Part shown: one piece after another, positions 57,150 through 64,000 of the stretch
Position numbering within the stretch: the stretch's first letter is position 1
How the letters are laid out: every line of letters starts with the position of its first letter
Assembly (NCBI RefSeq): GCF_963921235.1
Contig: NC_086108.1
Coordinates: 16,492,001 to 16,556,000, forward strand
From: Mobula hypostoma
Taxonomy: Eukaryota
Direction of reading: 5' to 3'
DNA: 64,000 nucleotides
Program-made: the position numbers and the translations under genes
The notes under the pieces: generated by a model
The model's database searches: none
What the model was told of the DNA's origin: nothing
The model's input: only the letters and a program-made list of their open reading frames with translations

Positions 57150-59577
57150 TACATTTGCTACAGAAAAGGATCATGGCGATTGTAGGGATGACTTGCAGCA
57201 GACTGAAAAGCTTAAGCATGTAGATATTAAGGAAGAGGATGTGCTGGAGCTTTTGGAAAGCGTCAAGTTGGATAAGTTACTGGGACCGGATGAGATGTAC
57301 CCCAGGCTACTGTGGGAAGTGAGGGAGGAGATTGCTGAGCCTCTGGGGATGATCTTTGCATCATCAATGGGGACGGGAGAGGTTCCGGAGGATTGGAGGG
57401 TGGTGGATGTTGTTCCCTTATTCAAGAAAGGGAGTAGGGATAGCCCAGGAAATTATAGACCAGTGAGTCTTACTTCAGTGGTTGGTAAGTAGATGGAGAA
57501 GATCCTGAGAGGCAGGATTTATGAACATTAGGAGAGTCATAATATGATTAGGAATAGTCAACATGGCTTTGTCAAAGGCAGGTCATGCCTTACGAGTCTG
57601 ATTGAATTTTTTAAGGATGTGACTAAACACATTGATGAAGGGAGAGCAGTAGATGTAGTGTATGTGGATTTCAGCAAGGTACCCCATGTAAGGCTTATTG
57701 AGAAAGTAAGGAGGCATGGGATCCAAGGGGACATTGCTTTGTGGATCCAGAACTGGCTTGGCCACAGAAGGCAAAGAGTGGTTGTAGACGGATCATATTC
57801 TGCATGGAGGTTTGTCACCAGTGGAGTGCCTCAGGGATCTTTTCTGGGACCCTTACTCTTTGTGATTTTTATAAATGACCTGGATGAGGAAGTGGAGGGA
57901 TTGGTTAGTAAATTTGCTGATGACACAAATGTTGGGGGTGTTGTGGATAGTGTAGAGGGCTTTCAGAGGTTACAGCGGGACATTGATATCCTCAAACTGT
58001 GACCCCTCGTTCTGGACTTCCCCAACATTGGGAACAATCTTCCTGCATCTGGCCTGTCCAATCCCTTTAGAATTTTATATGTTTCAATAAGATCCACCCT
58101 CAATCTTCTAAATTCCAGAGAGTATAAGCCTAGTCGATCCAGTCTTTCATTATATAAAAGTCCTGCCATTCCAGGAATCAATCCGGTGAACCTTATTTGT
58201 ACTCCCTCTATGGCAAGAATGTCTTTCCTCAGATTAGGGGACCAAAACTGCACACAATACTCCAGGTGTGGTCTCACCAAGGCCTTGTACAACTGCAGTA
58301 GTACCTCCCTGCTCCTGTACTCGAATCCTCTTCCAATGAATGCCAGCATACCATTCACCTTTTTCACCGCCTGCTGTACCTGCATGCCCACTTTCAATGA
58401 CTGATGTACAATGACACCCAGGTCTCGTTGCACCTCCCCTTTTCCTAATCAGCCACGATTCAGATAATAATCTGTTTTCCTGTTCTTGCCACCAAAGTGA
58501 ATAACCTCACATTTATCCACATTAAATTGCATCTGCCATGAATTTGCCCACTCACCCAACCTATCCAAGTCACTCTGCATCCTCTTAGCATCCTCCTGAC
58601 AGCTAACACTGCCACCCAGCTTCGTGTCATCGCAAACTTGGAGATGCTGCATTTAATTCCCTTGTCTAAGTCATTAATATATATTGTAAACAACTGGGGT
58701 CCCAGCACTGAGCCTTGCGGTACCCCACTAGTCACTGCCTGCCATTCTGAAAAGGTCCCATTTATTCCCACTCTTTGCTTCCTGTCTGTCAACCAATTCT
58801 CTATCCACATCAATACCATACCCCCAATACCGTGTGCTTTAAGTTTGCACACTAATCTCCTGTGTGGGACCTTGTCAAAAGCCTTTTGAAAATCCAAATA
58901 TACCACATCCACTGGTTCTCCCCTATCCACTCTACTAGTTACATCCTCAAAAAATTCTATGAGGTTCGTCAGACATGATTTTCCTTTCACAAATGCATGC
59001 TGACTTTGTCCGATGATTTCACCGCTTTCCAAATGTGCTGTTATCACATCTTTGATAACTGACTCTAGCATTTTCCCCACCACTGATGTCAGGCTTACCA
59101 GTCTATAATTCCTCAGTTTCTCTCTCCCTCCTTTTTTTAAAAAGCGGGGTTACATTGGCCACCCTCCAATCCTCAGGAACTAATCCAGAATCTAAAGAGT
59201 TTTGAAAAATTATCACTAATGCATCCACTATTTCTTGGGCTACTTTCTTAAGCACTCTGGGATGCAGACCATCTGGCCCTGGGGATTTATCTGCCTTTAA
59301 TCCCTTCAATTTACCTAACACCACTTCCCTACTAACATGTATTTCCCTCAGTTCCTCCATCTCACTAGACCCTCAGTTCCCTACTATTTCCGGAAGATTA
59401 TTTATGTCCTCCTTAGTGAAGACAGAACCAAAGTAGTTATTCAATTGGTCTGCCATGTCCTTGTTCCCCATGATCAATTCACCTGTTTCTGTCTGTAAGA
59501 GACCTACATTTGTCTTAACCAATCTTTTTCTTTTCACATATCTATAAAAGCTTTTACAGTCAGTTTTTATGTTCCCT
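57150..59577. mobile_element. Two convergent CR1 RT fragments (+ 57150-57988; - 57986-59577)
   Basis: RT motifs on both strands. The - copy is nearly identical to 4371-5470; the + copy resembles 52900-53700. Confidence 0.88.
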
Positions 59578-61640
59578 GAGCTATGAAAGACCAGTGGTGG
59601 GTGAACAAGGCCAAGGAGTTACAACTGTAATGACTCAAGAAGCTTTCTATGAAGCAATCAAGGTTGTGTATGGTCCATCAAAACAAAGCACCTCACAACT
59701 CCTGAGCAAGGATAGTACATCCATCTTCACTGAGAAGTCCAAGCACATGAAAAGATGGCAAGAACACTTCCATGAGCTGCTGAACAGCCCAGGAACCATT
59801 AGCGAAGAAGCACTGGGCAGAGTACACCCTCGACCCATACTGTTTGAGCTAGATGCTCCCCCTACTCTTCATGAGGTCATCAAAGCCATCAAACGCTAAA
59901 ACCCAATAGAACACCAGGGCCTGACAGTATCGCAGCCCAGACCTACCAGTATGGTGGTCACACACTGACATCATGCCTGCACCAGCTGTTCACAAAGTTG
60001 TGGGGACCTGCAGAACTACCACAAGACTTCAAAGATGCATCAATCGTGACCATCTACAAGAACAAGGGAGGCAAGAGAGACTGCAACAATTACCGTGGCA
60101 CCTCTCTTCTGTCAGTTGCGAGAAAATGTCTCGCGAAGATCATCCTTAGACACTTGGTGTCCAACATCAGTGGCAACATCCTTCCAGAAAGCCAGTGTGG
60201 TTTTCGAACAGGCTTTCGTACAGTAGACATAATCTTTTCACTGAGGCAGCTCCAAGAGAAATGTGTTGAGCAGCAGAGAAGTCTCTGTGTCACATTTGTT
60301 GAACTGACCAAAGAGTTTGACACTGTTGGTAGAGATGGCCTGTGGGAGCTCTTACCAAAATTCGGTTGCCCACCACGCCTAAGCAACATCATCCGTCAGT
60401 TCCATGAAGGCATGGAAGGCTGCATCAACATGTGCGGTGAGTTGCCAGATCCATTTTCCATCAGCAACGGCGTAAAACGGGGTTGTGTTCTGGCTCCTAC
60501 ACTGTTTGGACTATTCTTCGCTGCTGTTCTTCAGGATGCCACATCAGACCCAAAGTTAGGGGTCTTCCTACAAATGAAGGCTGATGGCGGGCTCCTCAAC
60601 CTCGGAAGACTGAGAGCAAAAACTAAAGTCAGGGACATTGTGGTGCATGAGCTACAGTTTGTTGATGACTGTGCACTGGTTGCCCACTCTGTTGAAGACT
60701 TACAGATCACCAGTCACTTTCCAGTGCAGCCGAAAGCTTTGGACTGACAATCAGCCTGAAAAAGACGGAAGTTTTGTACCAACCAGCTCCTGGCTCAAGC
60801 TACAAAGAACCAACTGTCCTCATTGATGACACTCGTCTCAACGCTGTCAACAAGTTTTGCTACCTGTGCAGCATAATAACATCCTCAGCTTCTCTGGATG
60901 TAGAGATTGAGTCAAGAACCAGAAAAGCCTGCTTTGCCCTTGGTCTGCTGAAAGATCGAGTTTGGTCACAGAACATCAGGTTGGCCACCAAGTGCAAGGT
61001 ATGCAGGGCCGTTGTCATATCAACCTTGTTATACAGATGTGAGACATGATGCCCACTTCAGAGACACTTACACCAGCTTGACCAACTGCAGCAGCGTCAT
61101 CTACATTCTCTGATGAAGATCACCTGGCGAGATAAGTTCTCCAATACCAAGGTCCTCTCTCGAGCCGGAATGCCAGCAGTTTCAACCTTGGTGATATCAA
61201 CCTAACTGCGCCGGGCAGGACATGTTGTCAGAATGCCTGATGGAAGACTGCCCAAGGACATGTTTTACGGCCAACTGTCCAGTGGTACCTGAAAACGAGG
61301 AGGCCAGCGACTACGGTACAAGGATGTTCTGCACAGGAGCCTCAAGAAAGCTGACACTGCCCCATCAACATGGGAGGATCTGACTCAAGATGGCTCATAG
61401 TGGAGGGATGCCGTCAGAAAAGGTGTGGGTGCAGCTGAGAACAAGATCAACGAGGCAACAGAGGAAAGGCACAGGAAGTGCCACAACAGAGCTTCTACCC
61501 CTGCTGCCCCTTCGGGTCTCATCTGCCAAGTATGTGGCAAGCAGTGCATGTCAAGGATCCCCAGGACACACATATCAAACCCCACTAACTGACTGAAAGG
61601 AACCATCATCATCCTATGGGATGAATAGCCAGAGGGATGA
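59578..61640 (+). mobile_element. RTE-clade (BovB/RTE-1-like) LINE, 5'-truncated and decayed
   Basis: LPQDFKDASIVTIYKNKG..DCNNYRGTSLLS, LPESQCGFR, GVKRGCVLAPTLF, LQFVDDCAL, and C-terminal DGRLPKD..YG. Confidence 0.9.
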
Positions 61641-62089
61641 ACTGATCCAGAACCCCATGCAACTGCTCCCTAGACAACGACATTTCCATTGTACATTTCC
61701 CTGAGTACATCTGTTCCCAATGTATGCTCCCAAATTTCTGCCTAATAGCATCATGGTTCACCCTCCCCAGTTACGTATCATCTGCTCCCGTCTTTTCCCA
61801 AAGCTATGCTAATGGTCAGGGAATTATGGTCACTATCTCCAAAATGCTTAACCACCCAATGAGAGATCTAACACCTCACCAGATTCATTGTCTGGTGCTA
61901 GCTCCAGTATGGCCTCTAGTTGGTCTGGCCACACCTAACAAATTCTGCCCCATCTAGACCTCTTATGCTAAGGTGGAGCCATTATTGGAAGGATGTGATC
62001 GCACTAGATTCAGTGTAGAGGACATTCACCAGGATACTGCCTGGACTGGAGAATCTCTGGACCAATGAGAAACTGGAGGATTGGCAAAA

Positions 62090-63690
62090 TCATAGAAACC
62101 ATAGAAACTACAGCACAGAAACAGGCCTTTTGGCCCTTCTTGGCTGTGCTGAACCATTTTCTGCCTAGTCCCACTGACCTGCACACGGACCATATCCCTC
62201 CATACACCTCCCATCCATGTATCTGTCCAATTTATTCTTAAATGTTAAAAAAGAACCCGCATTTACCACCTCATCTGGCAGCTCATTCCATACTCCCACC
62301 ACTCTCTGTGTGAAGAAGCCCCCCCTAATGTTCCCTTTAAACTTCTCCCCCCTCACCCTTAACCCATGTCCTCTGGTTTTTTTCTCCCCTTGCCTCAGTG
62401 GAAAAAGCCTGCTTGCATTCACTCTATCTATACCCATCATAATTTTATATACCTCTATCAAATCTCCCCTCATTCTTCTACGCTCCAGGGAATAAAGTCC
62501 TAACCTATTCAACCTTTCTCTGTAACTGAGTTTCTCAAGTCCCGGCAACATCCTTGTAAACCTTCTCTGCACTCTTTCAACCTTATTAATATCCTTCCTG
62601 TAATTTGGTGACCAAAACTGAACACAATACTCCAGATTCGGCCTCACCAATGCCTTATACAACCTCATCATAACATTCCAGCTCTTATACTCAATACTTT
62701 GATTAATAAAGGCCAATGTACCAAAAGCTCTCTTTACGACCCTATCTACCTGTGACGCCACTTTTAGGGAATTTTGTATCTGTATTCCCAGATCCCTCTG
62801 TTCCACTGCACTCCTCAGTGCCTTACCATTAACCCTGTATGTTCTACGTTGGTTTGTCCTTCCAATGTGCAATACCTCACACTTGTTAGTATTAATCTCC
62901 ATTTGCCATTTTTTAGCCCATTTTTCCAGCTGGTCCAAGTCCCTCTGCAGGCTCTGAAAACCTTCCTCACTGTCTACTACACCTCCAATCTTTGTATCAT
63001 CAGCAAACTTGCTAATCCAATTTACCACATTATCATCCAGATCATTGATATAGATGACAAATAACAATGGACCCAGCACTGATCCCTGTGGCACACCACT
63101 AGTCATAGGCCTCCACTCTGAGAAGCAATTCTCTACCACCACTCTCTGGCTTCTTCCATCGAGCCAATGTCTAATCCAATTTACCACCTCTCCATGTATA
63201 CCTAGCGACTGAATTTTCCTAACTAACCTCCCATGCGGGACCTTGTCAAAGGCCTTACTGAAGTCCACGTAGACAATATCCACTGCCTTCCCTTCATCCA
63301 CTTTCCTGGTAACCTCCTCGAAAAACTCCAATAGATTGGTCAAACATGACCTACCACGCACAAAGCCATGTTGACTCTCCCTAATAAGTCCCAGTCTATC
63401 CAAATGCTTGTAGATTCTCTCTCTTAGTACTCCCTCCAATAACTTACCTACTACCGACATTAAACTTACTGGCCTATAATTTCCTGGGTTACTTTTCAAT
63501 CCTTTTTTAAACAACGGAACAACATGAGCCACTCTCCAATCCTCCGGCACCTCACCTGTAGACAGCGACATTTTAAATATTTCAGCCAGGGCCCCTGCAA
63601 TTTCAACACTAGTCTCCTTCAAGGTCCAAGGGAACACCCTGTCAGGTCCCTGGGATTTATCCACTTTAATTTTCCTCAAGACAGCAAGGA
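62090..63690 (-). mobile_element. Young CR1 LINE with open RT frame
   Basis: 516-aa ORF with GNYRPVSL, QHGF, DFSKAFDKV, FADD and RPNLEYC; (CATAGAAAC)n tail. Confidence 0.92.
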
Positions 63691-64000
63691 CTTTAAAAAA
63701 ACAATGAACCACCAAGCAAGTTACAAGGAATGGGAAGATGGATTGTGAATATAAATTGGTACCAATTATAGAAACAATTTTTAATTATATAAGTCAGGTA
63801 AGGGTGGCTGGAGTGAACATAGGACTTTTGGAAGATGAGAAAGGAAACTAATATTGGGAATGTGGAAATGACTGAGGCCTTGAACAATAGTTGTGTCAGT
63901 CTTCATGGTGGAGGACGTGTAACATGGCAAAGAGAGATGTTAGTGTTGAAGTCAATTATGAAAGATGAGGTTTTGGGATACTTGGAGACTAATGGTAAAA

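Overview
Vertebrate nuclear DNA, very rich in transposable elements (TEs). The dominance of CR1 LINEs with (CATAGAAA)n-type tails plus Penelope-like elements suggests a cartilaginous fish, probably a ray (inference). One host gene is present on the + strand: an NACC1-like BTB/POZ-BEN domain gene. Its five coding exons are 14078-14861, 16377-16550, 28515-28620, 32677-32774 and 36765-37108; all introns are GT-AG with matching phases, giving 1506 nt / 501 aa. A probable TE-free 3' UTR follows. The intron between coding exons 2 and 3 holds a nest: a CR1 interrupted by a Tc1 (DD34E, long terminal inverted repeats, TIRs), which itself carries a solo LTR and a full-length, apparently intact L1 with a 14-bp target-site duplication (TSD). 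The rest is CR1, RTE, Gypsy, Tc1/Tigger, hAT MITEs, tRNA- and RTE-derived SINEs, a 50-bp minisatellite and Penelope-like elements. Several Penelope copies carry minimal hammerhead ribozyme motifs, and several form tail-out foldback structures with TSDs. I see no convincing wholly new biological system. The best leads are the hammerhead-bearing foldback mini-elements, the intact T-rich L1, the chimeric MITEs and the unusual paralog character of the NACC gene. All family assignments come from motif recognition and recall, not from database searches.
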